This document shows positions 52,773 through 64,000 of a stretch of DNA of 64,000 nucleotides, piece after piece. Position numbers and translations under genes: made by a program. This stretch comes from Octopus vulgaris (lineage: Eukaryota): NCBI GenBank assembly GCA_951406725.2, contig CATOCA020000001.1, positions 4,154,001 to 4,218,000 on the forward strand, in the 5' to 3' direction. Under the pieces are notes generated by a model. The model had not been told where the DNA came from, ran no database searches, and saw only the letters and a list, made by a program, of their open reading frames with translations. The stretch's first letter is position 1. Every line of letters begins with the position of its first letter.

Positions 52773-53326
52773 CTATAGCAGTAAAGAAAGAGTAAAATAG
52801 ATTATATGGAAAATATTTGTGATACGACTTCAAACACTGTGACTTCAGAATGAAAGGAAGAAAAAGTAGAAAGATAACAAAGAAGAAGAAGGAGGAGGAG
52901 AAGTAGGAGAAGAAGTAGAAGAAGAAGAAGAAGAAGAAGAAGAAGAAGAAGAAGAAGAAGAAGAAGAAGAAGAAGAAGAAGAAGAAGAGCGAAAGTTACA
53001 ACATCAACAACCACAATAACAAAAATTTATTTCGGTGGAAGTGTGGATAAATAGCCACACAGCACCACAGAATCAAGAGAACAATGTGTAACAAAATAGT
53101 AGCTAAAACTTGTATTAATAGTGCCGATACATACATACATATGAACATACACATATATATTTTCAGGAATAACATTTTTATGCAGACAATTATCAACTGA
53201 CAGTCATTGATATGTTCAAACTCAATCAAATAAATATAACACGAATATGAGAACTGAATATGATTTACTGTATTAGAGAGTGAGAAAACATGGAAATAAG
53301 GGGATATTAAATTTAAAGACATAGTA

Positions 53327-54585
53327 CGAGGAGCGTTCAATAAGTAATGCCCCTGACCCACTTGCTCTTGTTTGATCTAGCTGAAATTTTGCATGTACAC
53401 TTACTTATACCTGTATAGATGAGATGGTGAATTTCAGTTCTGAACTAATTGTGGTTTCTGATTTACAGGTGTTTGAACCGAGTCAAGTGTGAAATGGAGC
53501 CTGTTGAGTGTCGAGCAGTGATCTGGTTTTTGTATTTGAAAGGACGCACACCACGGGAGACTTTTGATGAAATGAAAGTAACTTATGGTGATGATGTCCC
53601 ATCATATGACGCTGGCATTGTGAATTCAAACATAGTCGGAACTATGTTGAAACAGCTCCCAGATCTGGTCGCTCCCTTCTGCCGTTGATGAGACGCCTGT
53701 CCGTCAAGTTGAGGCTGCCATTTTGGAAGGTCAACGCATAACTATTCGCCAAATAGCCCATAAGGTCAAGATTAGTACCGGGTCTGTGGAAAATATCATT
53801 CATGACCATTTGCATATGCAAAAGGTGTCTGCCAGATGGATTTCCAGGTTGCTCACACCTTTCCAGAAGCAAGAACGCGTTGAGTGCTCGAGGATGAATT
53901 TGGAGATGTGCCAAGAAGATGAGTCAAAATTTTTCAAAAGACTGATCACACAGGATAAAACCTGGGTCCATCACTATGATCCATAGACCAAAGCCCAGTC
54001 AATGAAGCGAAAGCACCGTGACTCACCTCCTCCAAAGAAGGCAAGGGTGCAGCCCTCCGCTGACAAGGTTATGCTCACAGTCTTCTGGGACCAGGACGGA
54101 GTAGTGATGACAGATTTCCTGGCAAAGTGTACCACAATTACAGCAGCCTATTATGCTTCAATTTTGAGGAAATTAAGAGAGCTATCAAAATCAAGAGGCG
54201 GAGCAATATCAGCAAATGCATCCTCCTCCTGCAGGACAACGCTCCTGTCCACAACTCGCGTGCCGCCAGATCAGAAGCACAGGCGTGCAGCTATGAACTC
54301 CTCCCCTTGCACCCTCTGATTTTCACCTGTTCCCAGCCATGAAGTTGATTTTGAAAGGAAAGCGTTTCCCAGATGATGCAGCCTTGATTTCTGAAGTCAC
54401 GTCGTGGTTGGAGGACCAAGCTGGGGTCTTCTACAAAAACGGTCTCCGGAGCTGTATCAAACGATGGGAGAAATGCATAACTCTGGGTAGTTCCTATGTA
54501 GGAAACGACTAATAACTGTGCCAAGTGTCGTTGCTCTACTGCTATGGGAAGTGGGTCAGGGGCATTACTTATTGGACGCCCCTCG
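53327..54585 (+). mobile_element. Full-length but inactivated mariner (DD34D, irritans-like) in an LRR intron
   Basis: TIRs CGAGGAGCGTTCAATAAGTAATGCCCCTGACCCACTT / AAGTGGGTCAGGGGCATTACTTATTGGACGCCCCTCG with a TA duplication. Transposase fragments RAVIWFLYLKG, ARWISRLLT, ITQDKTWVHHYDP, LLLQDNAPVH; frameshifts and a stop. Confidence 0.95.
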
Positions 54586-54626
54586 TATATTCCTCATGTA
54601 TAAACGACAACATTGAAAGAACTTAC

Positions 54627-54698
54627 AACATCTCTAAGTTTTGAAGGCCTTGAAACATCTCTTTTTCAATCCTTGAAATTTTATTGTTGCCAAGACCT
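54627..54698 (-). CDS. LRR exon B2 (72 nt): GLGNNKISRIEKEMFQGLQNLEML
   Basis: Acceptor CCTGCTTCAG, donor GTAAGT, phase 2-2. Confidence 0.88.
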
Positions 54699-55534
54699 CT
54701 GAAGCAGGAAACAATATTGGTTAGATTAACATAGTGTGAATTGCGATAACATATTGAATATTGTTCTTTATGAAAAGGGACAAAATTATAGGAAAATAAT
54801 ACAAGAGGGACAGGAAAGAAATTGAGGAGAAGATGAAGAAGAAGAAGGAGAGGAGAGGAAGGGGAAAAGAAGATGACAAGAAGAAAGAGGAGGGGGAGAA
54901 GATGTAGAAGGAGGAGGTGGAGGAGGGGAGGAGAAGAAGTAGGATGAGGACGTTGGAGTACAAGGAGATGTAGGAGGGAGAGGAAAATGGGAGGAGGAGG
55001 AGGAGCAGTGGGTAGAGTAGAAGAAGAAGTTGTAGAAGATTAAAAAGAGGATGAGGAGAGTGAGGATACGAAGAAGAAGGGGAAGAAAAAGAAGGAGAAG
55101 AAAACGGAGAAGAAGAAGTGAAGAAAGAAGAAAAGTGGAAAAAGAAGAAGTAGAAGCAGGAAAAAGAAGAAGGAGATGAAGAAGGAGGAGGAGGAGGGGA
55201 AGGAGAAAGAGAATAACAAAAAAAGAAGATAATAATAATAAGGTGGATGAGGTGAAGTAGGAGAAGAAGAAGACGTAAAAGAAGATGAAAAAGAATGAGG
55301 ATGTGGATGGGGAGAGGGGGAGGAAGAATTGCAAGAAGAAGAGAAGGAAAAGAAGTAGAAAAAAAAGGAGAAGGAGAATAGGTAGAAGTTGAAGAAAAAG
55401 AAAGAGAAGAAAAAGAAGACGAAAAAGAAGATGAAGGAAGCGGAGGTAATATAAGGAGGAGGATGAATGGGAACAAGAAGAAAAAGAAGAAGAAGGATGT
55501 GGAAGAGAAGTAGATGAAAAGTAGAAAGTTGAAG

Positions 55535-55565
<31 letters not shown>

Positions 55566-57089
55566 TGAGGAAGAAAAAGAAGGAGGAAGACGAGGAGGAG
55601 TAGAAGAGAAAGAAGAAGAAGGAGGAGGAGGAGGAGGAGGAGATGAAGAAGAAGATGTAGAAGAATAATAATAAGAAGAAGAGGTAGAAGAAGAAGGAGG
55701 AGAAAAAGAAGGAGAAGAAGAAAAAGGAACAGGATGGGAAGGGGGGAGGCATGAGAATTACAAGAAGAAAAAGGAGCAGGAGGGGAAGAAGAGGAGGAGG
55801 AAGAGAATTACAAGAAGAAAATGAAGAAGAAAAAGGAAGAGAAAAAACTTAGAAGAAAAGTAGGAGGAGGAGGAGAAGAAGAAGAATAGAAGAAAAGAAG
55901 AAGAAGAAGAAGATAAAGAAGAAGAAAAAGAAGAAGTGAAGAAAATGAAGGAGGAGAGGCGGAGGAAGAAGAAGGAAGAAGAAGAGGAGGAGGAAGTAGA
56001 AGGAGACGAGGAAGTAGAAAAAGTAGAAGAAGAAGAAGAAGAAGAAGAAGAAGAAGAAGAAGAAGAAGAAGAAGAAGAAGAAGAAGAAGAAGAAGAAGAA
56101 GAAAATAACACATTGAAAATCATGGTATTGAAGACGAATCTGGAAATGTTCTCAAGATATCAGGAAATAATTCAAGGATAGATCGATAAATTTTGGGCGA
56201 GAAAAATCAGGGAGTATACGGAATCAGAAATCAACATATTCAAATGCACTCATACGCATTCTTATATTCATAGTGTCAACGACGGAATGCGCTATGCACA
56301 CTCACATCACACATATTCCCACTCACCCGTCTGGAAATATGGTGAGAGAAATTATTTATTTCATATCGCTTCATTGTCACAAGAATATTAGAAAACACAA
56401 GCTTACAAGAAATATATCAGCAGTTTAATTGTATCAGGCGAAATATTGCAGCTTACAAGTACAGTAAGTATTTCAGGTTTACAGATAGAATATATGTGAC
56501 TATATAATTCGAATATATATTTTCCGCTTCCACTTCAGTTGCTCTATTACATAAATAACGTGAAGTGAATGACAAAATTCGAAGTTGAATGATAATATCG
56601 AAACACGAAGGAGAATATTGAAATAAGAAATGGAGGAGGATGTAAAATATAAAATAAAGGAATAATATAGTCACATTTCACACAGAACTACACTTAGATA
56701 TGAACATACACATATACTTCAGCTAAAAATATTTGATGCAAACATGTAAACTCACAAACGTTACCATTTCTAATACAAATTCATATCAAAATCATTGAAA
56801 TTTGGGGAACCGAAATGAGTTATTGAGATGCGAATTGAAACAAAGCAACTACAATAAAGGAACAATATATTTTTCCTATTATTTCACTTTCTCTCTCAAT
56901 TTCTCCCTCTTTCTCTCACTATTGTTTCGCTCTCTTACTCCATCTTTGTATCTTCCAAACACCTGTTCGGTCCCAAAATTTGAATTGATCTTGTTTAGTA
57001 CAGTTTGACACATTATATGGTTATGAATGTATATATCAGCATCAAATATTACTTTCTGAAAATAGTATCAAGAAATTGAACAAACTTAC

Positions 57090-57161
57090 AATGTCTTTAA
57101 ATTCGAAAGCCCCGTGAATGCTCCTTCTTTGATGGTTGCAATGTTGTTGCCCCCAAGATCT
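57090..57161 (-). CDS. LRR exon A3 (72 nt): DLGGNNIATIKEGAFTGLSNLKTL
   Basis: Acceptor CTTTCTTTACGGCTATAG, donor GTAAGT, phase 2-2. Confidence 0.9.
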
Positions 57162-59751
57162 CTATAGCCGTAAAGAAAGAGTAAAATAGATTATATGGAA
57201 AATATTTGTGAGAAAACACCAAACACTGTGACTTCAGAATGAAAGGAAGAAAAAGAAGAAAGATAACGAAGAAGAAGAAGAAGAAAAACAAGAAGAAGGA
57301 GAAGAAGGTGGAGGAGGAGGCGAAGAAGAAGAAAAAGAAGAAAAAGAAGAAGAAGAAGGAGGAGGAGGTGGAGGAGGAAAATAACAAAAAGAAGATGAGA
57401 AGAAAAAAGAGGAAGCGGAAGAGGAGAAGTAGGTGAAGAAGTAGAAAGAAGAAGAAAAAGAAAACGAAGGAGGATGAGGAGGTGGAGGGGAAAAAGAAGA
57501 ATTGCAAGAAGAAGAAGAAGAAGGAGGAGGAGGAGGAGAAGAAGAATAAGAAGAAGTAGAAGAAGGAGAAGAAGAAAAAGGAGAAGAAAAGAAGAAGAAG
57601 ACGAAAGAAGAGGAAAAAGGAGAAGAATGAAGGGGAAGAATAAGTAGAAGAAGAAGAAAAAGAAGAAGATGAAGGAGAAGGAGGAGAAGGAGGAGGAAAA
57701 TAATAAAAAGAAGATAAGAAGAAGAAAAAAGGAGGAGGGGAAGTAGATAAAGAAATAGAAAGTAGTAGAAGTAGAAAAAGAAAAAAAGGAAGTAGAAGAA
57801 AGAGATGAAGAAGAAAAAAGAAAACGGAAAACGAGGAGGAGAAGTAGAAGAAGATGGGGGAGGAAAAGAAGAAGAAGAAGAAGAATTAAAAGAAGAAGCA
57901 GAAGAAGAAGAAGAATAGAAAGAAGTAGAAAAAGGAGAGGAAAAAAGGAATTGAAGAAGAAGAAGGAAGAGGAAAAAGGAGGAGGAGGAGGATGTAGTGG
58001 AAGGAGTAGTAGAAGAAAAACAAAAAGGGGAAGAAGAAGAAGAAGGAGAAGTAGAAGAAGAAAAAAATGAATAAGAAGGAATACGAGGAGGAGAGGTAGA
58101 AGACGAAGGAAGAGAATAAGAATAGGAAGAAGAAGAAGAAGAAGAAAGAGAAGGAGCAGCAGGAGAGGACGAAGAATAAGAAGATAATGAAGAAGGAGAA
58201 GAAGGGTGATGAGGAGGTGGAGTGGAAGAAGAAAAATTGCAAGAAGAAGAAGAAGGAGAAGAAGAAGAAGAAGCAGAAGAAGAAGACGTAGAAGAAGAAG
58301 AGGAAGAATAGGAAGAAGAAGAAGAAGAAGAAGAAGAAAAAGGAGCAGGAGGAGAGAGGGAGAAGGAGAATTACAAGAAGAAAAAGTTGGAGGAGGGGCG
58401 GAGAGGAGGTGGAAGAGAATTAAAAGAAGAAAATGAAGAAGAAGAAGAAAAAAATAGAAGAGGAAGAAGGACGAGGAGGACGAGGAGGAGGGGAGAAGAA
58501 GTAGAAGAAGAAGAAGAAGAAGAAGAAGAAGAAGAAGAAGAAGAAGAAGAAGAAGAAGAAGAAGAAGAAGAAGAAGAAGAAGAAGAAGAAGAAGAAGAAG
58601 AAGAAGGAGGAGAAGGAGCAGCAGGAGGAGAGGAAGAGGAGGAAAAAGAAGAAGAAGAAGAAGAAGAAGAAGAAGAAGAAGAAGAAGAAGAAGAAGAAGA
58701 AGAAGAAGAAGAAGAAGAAGAAGAAGAAGAAGAAGAAGAAGAAGAAGAAGAAGAAGAAGAAGAAGAAGGAGAAGACGAAGAGGACACATTGAAAATGATG
58801 GTGTTCAAGACGAGACTGAAATTGTTCTCAAAACATCAGGAAATAATTCAAGGATAGAGCGAAAAATTTGGGGCGAGAAGACATGGCTGAAAAATCAGGG
58901 AATATACGGAATCAGAAATCAACATATTCAAATGCACTCATACACATTCTTATATTCATAGTGTCAACGACGGAATGCGGTATGCACACTCACATCACAC
59001 ATATTCCCACTCACCCGTCTGGAAATATGGTGAGAGAGATTATTTCATATCGTTTCATTGTCACAAGAATATTAGAAAACAAGCGCTCACAAGAAATATA
59101 TCAGCAGTTTAATTGTGTCAGGCCAAATATTCCAGCTTACAAGTACAGTAAGTATTTCAGGTTTACAAATAGAATGTATGTGACTACATCATTCTAATAT
59201 ATATTTTCCGCTTCTACTTCAGTTGCTCTATTACATAAATAACGTGAAGTGAATGACAAAATTCGAAGTTGAATGATAATATCGAAACACGAAGGAGAAT
59301 ATTGAAATAAGAAATGGAGGAGGATGCAAAATATAAAATAAAAGAATAATATAGTCACATTTCACACAGAACTACACTTATATATGAACATACACATATA
59401 CTTCAGCTAAAAATATTTGATGCAAACATGTAAACTCACAAACGTTACCATTTCTAATACAAATTCATATCAAAATCATTGAAATTTGGGGAACAAAAAT
59501 GAGTTATCGAGATGCGAATTGAAACAAAGCAACTACAATAAAGGAACATTATATTTTTCCTATTATTTCACTTTCTCTCTAAAATTCTCTCTCTTTCTTT
59601 CACATTGTCTCGCTCTCTCCTATTCTCTTTGTATCTTCCTAAATTTTGTTCATTCTACAAATTTGAATTGATTTTGTTCGGTCCAGTCTGAAATATTATA
59701 CATTTGTGAGCATCAATTATTACTTTCTATCAAGAAATTAAACGAACTTAC

Positions 59752-59823
59752 AAGCCCTTTAAATTCGAAAGCCCCGTTAATGTACCTTCATTGATGGTTG
59801 AAATGCTGTTGCCCCAAAGAGCT
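59752..59823 (-). CDS. LRR exon A4 (72 nt): ALWGNSISTINEGTLTGLSNLKGL
   Basis: Acceptor CTTTCTTTACTACCACAG, donor GTAAGT, phase 2-2. Confidence 0.88.
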
Positions 59824-62577
59824 CTGTGGTAGTAAAGAAAGAGTAAAATAGATTATATTGAAAATATTTGTGATACGACATCAAACGCTGTGACTTCAGA
59901 ATGAAAGGAAGAAAAGGCAGAAAGATAACGAAGAAGAAAAGGAAGAAGAAGAAGGAGGAGGAGGTGAAGAAGAAGAAGAAAAAGAAGAAGAAGAAGAATT
60001 AGTAGAAGAAGAAAGGAGAAGAAGAAGAAGAAGAAAAAGAAGAAGAAGAAAAAGAAGAGGAAGAAGGAATAGGAGGAAAAAGGAGGAGGAGGATGGTAAA
60101 AGGGAAGAAGTAGTAGAGGAAAAAGTAAAAGAAGAAGAAGGAGGAGGAGGATGACAAGTAGATGAAGAAGAAGAAAGAAGAAGAAGAAGAAGAAGAAGAA
60201 GAAGAAAAAGAAGAAGAAGAAGAAAATGAAGGAGGATGAGGAGGGGGAGAGGAAGAAGTAGAATTGCAAGAAGAAGAAGGATGAGAAGAACAAGAAGAAG
60301 ACGTAGAAGTAGAAGCAGGAAAAAGGAAAAGAAGATGAAGAAGAAGGAGGAGGAGGAGGAGGAGAAGAAGAAGTAGAAAGAAGGAGAGGAAGAAAAAGAA
60401 GAAGAAGAAGAAGAAGAAGAAGAAGGAAGAGGAGGAAAAAGGAGGAGGAGAATGATGGGGAAGAATAAGTAGGACAAGCTGAAAAAGAAGAAGAAGATGA
60501 AGGAGGAGGAGGATGAGAATAACAAAAAGAAGAATATAAGAAGAAGAAAGAGGAGTAGGAGGAGAAGTAGATGATGAAGTAGAAAGTAGTAGAAGAAGAA
60601 GAAGAAGAATAAGAAGAAGAAGAAAAAAGAAGTAGAAAAATGAGAAGAAGAAAAGAAAAAGAAGGAGGAGGAGGAGAAGAAGAAGAAGAATTAGAAGAAG
60701 ACGCAGAAGAAGAAGAAAAAGAAGCGGGAGAGGAGGGGGAGGAGGAGAAATACAAGAAAAAAAGGAGGAGGAGGGGCGGAGAGGATTGGGAAGAAAGAAA
60801 GAAGAGGAATAAAGAAGTAGAAGAAGGAGGAGGAAGCAATGAAGGGGAAAAGTAGGAGTAGAAGAAAAAGAAGAAGAATAAGAAGAAGGAGGAGGAGGAG
60901 GAGGAGGAGGAGTAGTTGAAAAAGTTGAAAGTAGAAGAGGATGTAGGAGAAGAAGAAGAAGAAATAAGTAGAAGCGAGAGAAGAAGAAAAAGAATAAGGA
61001 GGACGGGAAGAAGAAGAAGAAGAAGAAGAAGAAGAAGAAGAAGAAGAAGAAGAAGAAGAAGAAGAAGAAGAAGAAGAAGAAGAAGAAGAAGAAGAAGAAG
61101 AAGAAGAAGAAGACGGAGAAGAAGAAGAAGAAGAAGAAGAAGAAGAAGAAGAAGAACGAGCAGGAGAGGAGGGGAGGAGGAGAATTACAAGAAGAAAAAT
61201 GAGGAGGAGGAGCGGAGTGGAGGGGGAGAGAATTTAAAGAAGAAAATGAAGAATGAGAAGAAGAAAGAAATTAGAAGAGGAAGAAGGAGTAGGAGGAGTA
61301 GAAGAAGAAAAAAAAAGAGGAGAAGAAGAAGAAGGAAAAGAAGAAAAAGAAGAGAAGAATAAGAAGGAGGAGAAGGAGCAGCAGGAGGAGAGGAAGAGGA
61401 AGAAGAAGAAGAAGAAGAAGAAGAAGAAGAAGAAGAAGAAGAAGAAGAAGAAGAAGAAGAAGAAGAAGAAGAAGAAGAAGAAGAAGAAGAAGAAGAAGAA
61501 GAAGAAGAAGAAGAAGAAGAAGAAGAAGAAGAAGAAGAAGAAGAAGAAGAAGAAGAAGAAGAAGAAGAAGATACATTGAAAATTATGGCGTTCAAGATGA
61601 AACTGAAAATGTTCTTAAAATATCAGGAAATAATTCAGGGATAGAGCGAAAAATTTTGGGCGAGAAGACATGGCTGAAAAATCAGGGAATATACGGAATC
61701 AGAAATCAACATATTCAAATGCAATCATTCGCATTCTTATATTCATAGTGTCAACGACGGAATGCGGTATGCACACTCAAATCACACATATTCCCACTCA
61801 CCGTTGTGGAAACATGGTGAGAGAGATTATTTATTTAATATCGCTTCATTGTCACAAGAATATTAGAAAACACACGCTTACAAGAAATATATCAGCAGTT
61901 TAATTGTATCAGGCCAAATATTCCAGCTTACAAGTACAGTAAGTATTTCAGGTTTTCAGATAGAATGTATGTGACTATATTATTCGAATATATATTTTCC
62001 GCTTCCACTTCAGTTGCTCTATTACATAAATAACGTGAAGTGAATGACAAAATTGGAAGTTGAATGATAATATTGAAATAAGAAATGGAGGAATTTGCAA
62101 AATATAAAATAAAGGAATAATATATTCACATTTCACACAGAACTACACTTATATATGAACATACACATATACTTCAGCTAAAAATATTTGATACACACAT
62201 GTAAACTCACAAACGTTCCCATTTCTAATACAAATTCATATCAAAATCATTGAAATTTGGGGAACCAAAATGAGTTATTGAGATGCGAATTGAAACAACG
62301 CAACTACAATAAAGGAATATTATATTTTTCCTATTATTTCATTTTCTCTCTAAAATGCTCTCTCTTTCTTTCACATTCTCCCGCTCTCACCTATTCTCTT
62401 TGTATCTTCCTAAATCTTGTTCATTCTACAAGTTTGAATTGATTTTGTTCGGTGCAGGAGAATATTGGAATAAGAAATGGAGTAGGATGCAAAATATAAA
62501 TTATACATTTGTGAGCTTATATATCAGCATCAATTATTACTTTCGGAAAATAGTATCAAGAAATTAAACGAACTTAC

Positions 62578-62649
62578 AAGTAGTTTAAATTCGAAAGCCC
62601 TGTGAATGTACCTTCTTTGATGGTTGCAATGTTGTTGGAACCAAGATAT
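62578..62649 (-). CDS. LRR exon A5 (72 nt): YLGSNNIATIKEGTFTGLSNLNYL
   Basis: Acceptor TTTTACTCTTTCTTTACTGCTATAG, donor GTAAGT, phase 2-2. Confidence 0.9.
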
Positions 62650-63169
62650 CTATAGCAGTAAAGAAAGAGTAAAATAGATTAGATGGAACAAATTTGTGAT
62701 GCGACATCAAACACTGTGACTTCAGAATGAAAGGAAGAAAAAGAAGAAAGATAACGAAGAAGAAGAAGGAGGAGGAGGATGTGGACAAGAAGAAGAAGAA
62801 GAAGAAGAAGAAGTAGAAGAAGAACGGAGAAGAGAAGAAGAAGAAGAAGAGGAAGAAGAATTGACGAGGAGGTGGAGGAGGCGGAGGAGGTGGAGGAGGC
62901 GGAGGAGGTGGAGAGGTGGGGAGGTTAGGAGGAGGACAAAGGAAAGGATGACTGAGCAGGGGGCCGTTGGGGGTAGCAGCAGAAGGAGCAAGAAGAGCAG
63001 GAGAATGAAAATAAGAGGAGGAATTGGCAGAGAATGGAAAAGAGGGAGACAAGTGACGGAGCAGAAAGTATAGAGAAGAAAAAGAAGAAAAAAAGAAGGC
63101 AAAGAAGAAGACAAAGAAGAAGTAGAACACGGAGAAAAGTAACAAGAAGAAGAAGATGAAGTGAAGAAG

Positions 63170-63201
<32 letters not shown>

Positions 63202-63817
63202 GAAGAAGAAGAAGACAAAGAAAAGGAAGAAGTAGAAGAAGAGGAACATGAAGAAGATGAAGAAGGAAAGAAGAAAAAGACGAAGAAGATGAAGAAGAAG
63301 AAAAATAGAAGAGAAAGAAGAAATTGAAGAAAAAGGAGGATGAGTAGGACAAAGAGGGTAGGTTGAGGAGGAGAATTGCTATAAGAAGAAGAAGAAAAAG
63401 GAGGAGAAGGAGGTGAAGGAGGAGGGGGAATAGGAGAATTACAAGAAGAACAAAACAACAACAACAATAGCAAAAAATTTATTTCGGTGGAAGTGTGAAT
63501 AAATAACCACACGGTAGCACAGAATCAAGAGAACAATGTGTAAGAAAACAGTAGCTAAAACTTATATTAATAGTGCAGATACATACATACATATGAACAT
63601 ACACATATATATTTTCAGGAATAACATTTTTATGCAGACAATTATCAACTGACAGTCATTGACATGTTCACACTCAATCAAATAAATATAACACGAATAT
63701 GAGAACTGAATATGATTTACAGTAATAGAGAGTGAGAAAACATGGAAATAAGGGGATATTAAATTTATAGACGGAGTATATTCCACATGTATAAACGACA
63801 ACATTGAAAGAACTTAC

Positions 63818-63889
63818 AATTCCTCTAAGTTTTGAAGGCCTTGAAACATCTCTTTTTCAATCCTAGAAATTTTATTGTTGCGAAGACCT
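63818..63889 (-). CDS. LRR exon B3 (72 nt): GLRNNKISRIEKEMFQGLQNLEEL
   Basis: Acceptor CCTGCTTCAG, donor GTAAGT, phase 2-2; fits the xLxxNxIxxIxxxxFxGLxxLxxL consensus. Confidence 0.88.
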
Positions 63890-64000
63890 CTGAAGCAGGA
63901 AACAATATTGGTTAGATTGACATAATGTGAATTGCGAAAACATATTCAATATTGTTCTTTATTTAAAGGGACAAAATTATAGGAAAATAATACGAGAAGA

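Larger units (their letters stand above)
47211..64000. repeat. Tandem macro-repeat (2.7-3.3 kb units) of conserved AT-rich blocks separated by (GAA)n/(GGA)n tracts
   Basis: Block marker AAAAATCAGGGA.TATACGGAATCAG at ~48511, 51817, 56202, 58889 and 61676. B blocks lie at 50240-50780, 53000-54800 (split by a mariner) and 63450-64000. Confidence 0.95.

Noticed and set aside
47179-63512. Long poly-L/F/S/E/R/K ORFs (e.g. 532 aa at 57191-58789)
   Set aside because: These are translations of (GAA)n/(TTC)n tracts that lie in the predicted introns.

Overview
AT-rich, repeat-dominated eukaryotic DNA, most likely a cephalopod (Octopus-type). That assignment rests on my recall of the SINE families and is not database-verified. 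1-21.6 kb: nested tRNA-derived SINEs, microsatellites and decayed transposons (DD37D/maT-like Tc1-mariner, a Tx1-type LINE inside (TATC)n, a Chapaev3-like element, a Penelope-like element with an inverted terminal repeat, a mariner MITE), plus an old inverted CT/GA-rich duplication carrying a 170-bp tandem repeat. 21.7-45.5 kb: about 195 copies of a 121-bp satellite built from the ORF2 C-terminus/3'UTR of a CR1-type LINE, running into a 100-N gap. 47-64 kb: a tandem macro-repeat spaced by (GAA)n tracts that hides eight minus-strand 72-nt, phase-2/phase-2 exons, each encoding one 24-aa extracellular-type leucine-rich repeat. The ORF track does not show these LRRs. Their differences cluster at the exposed LxxLxLxxN positions while nearby intron sequence is almost identical, which suggests a diversifying LRR-cassette receptor locus. 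This is the best candidate for a novel system in the window. Nearly all listed ORFs are low-complexity artefacts.
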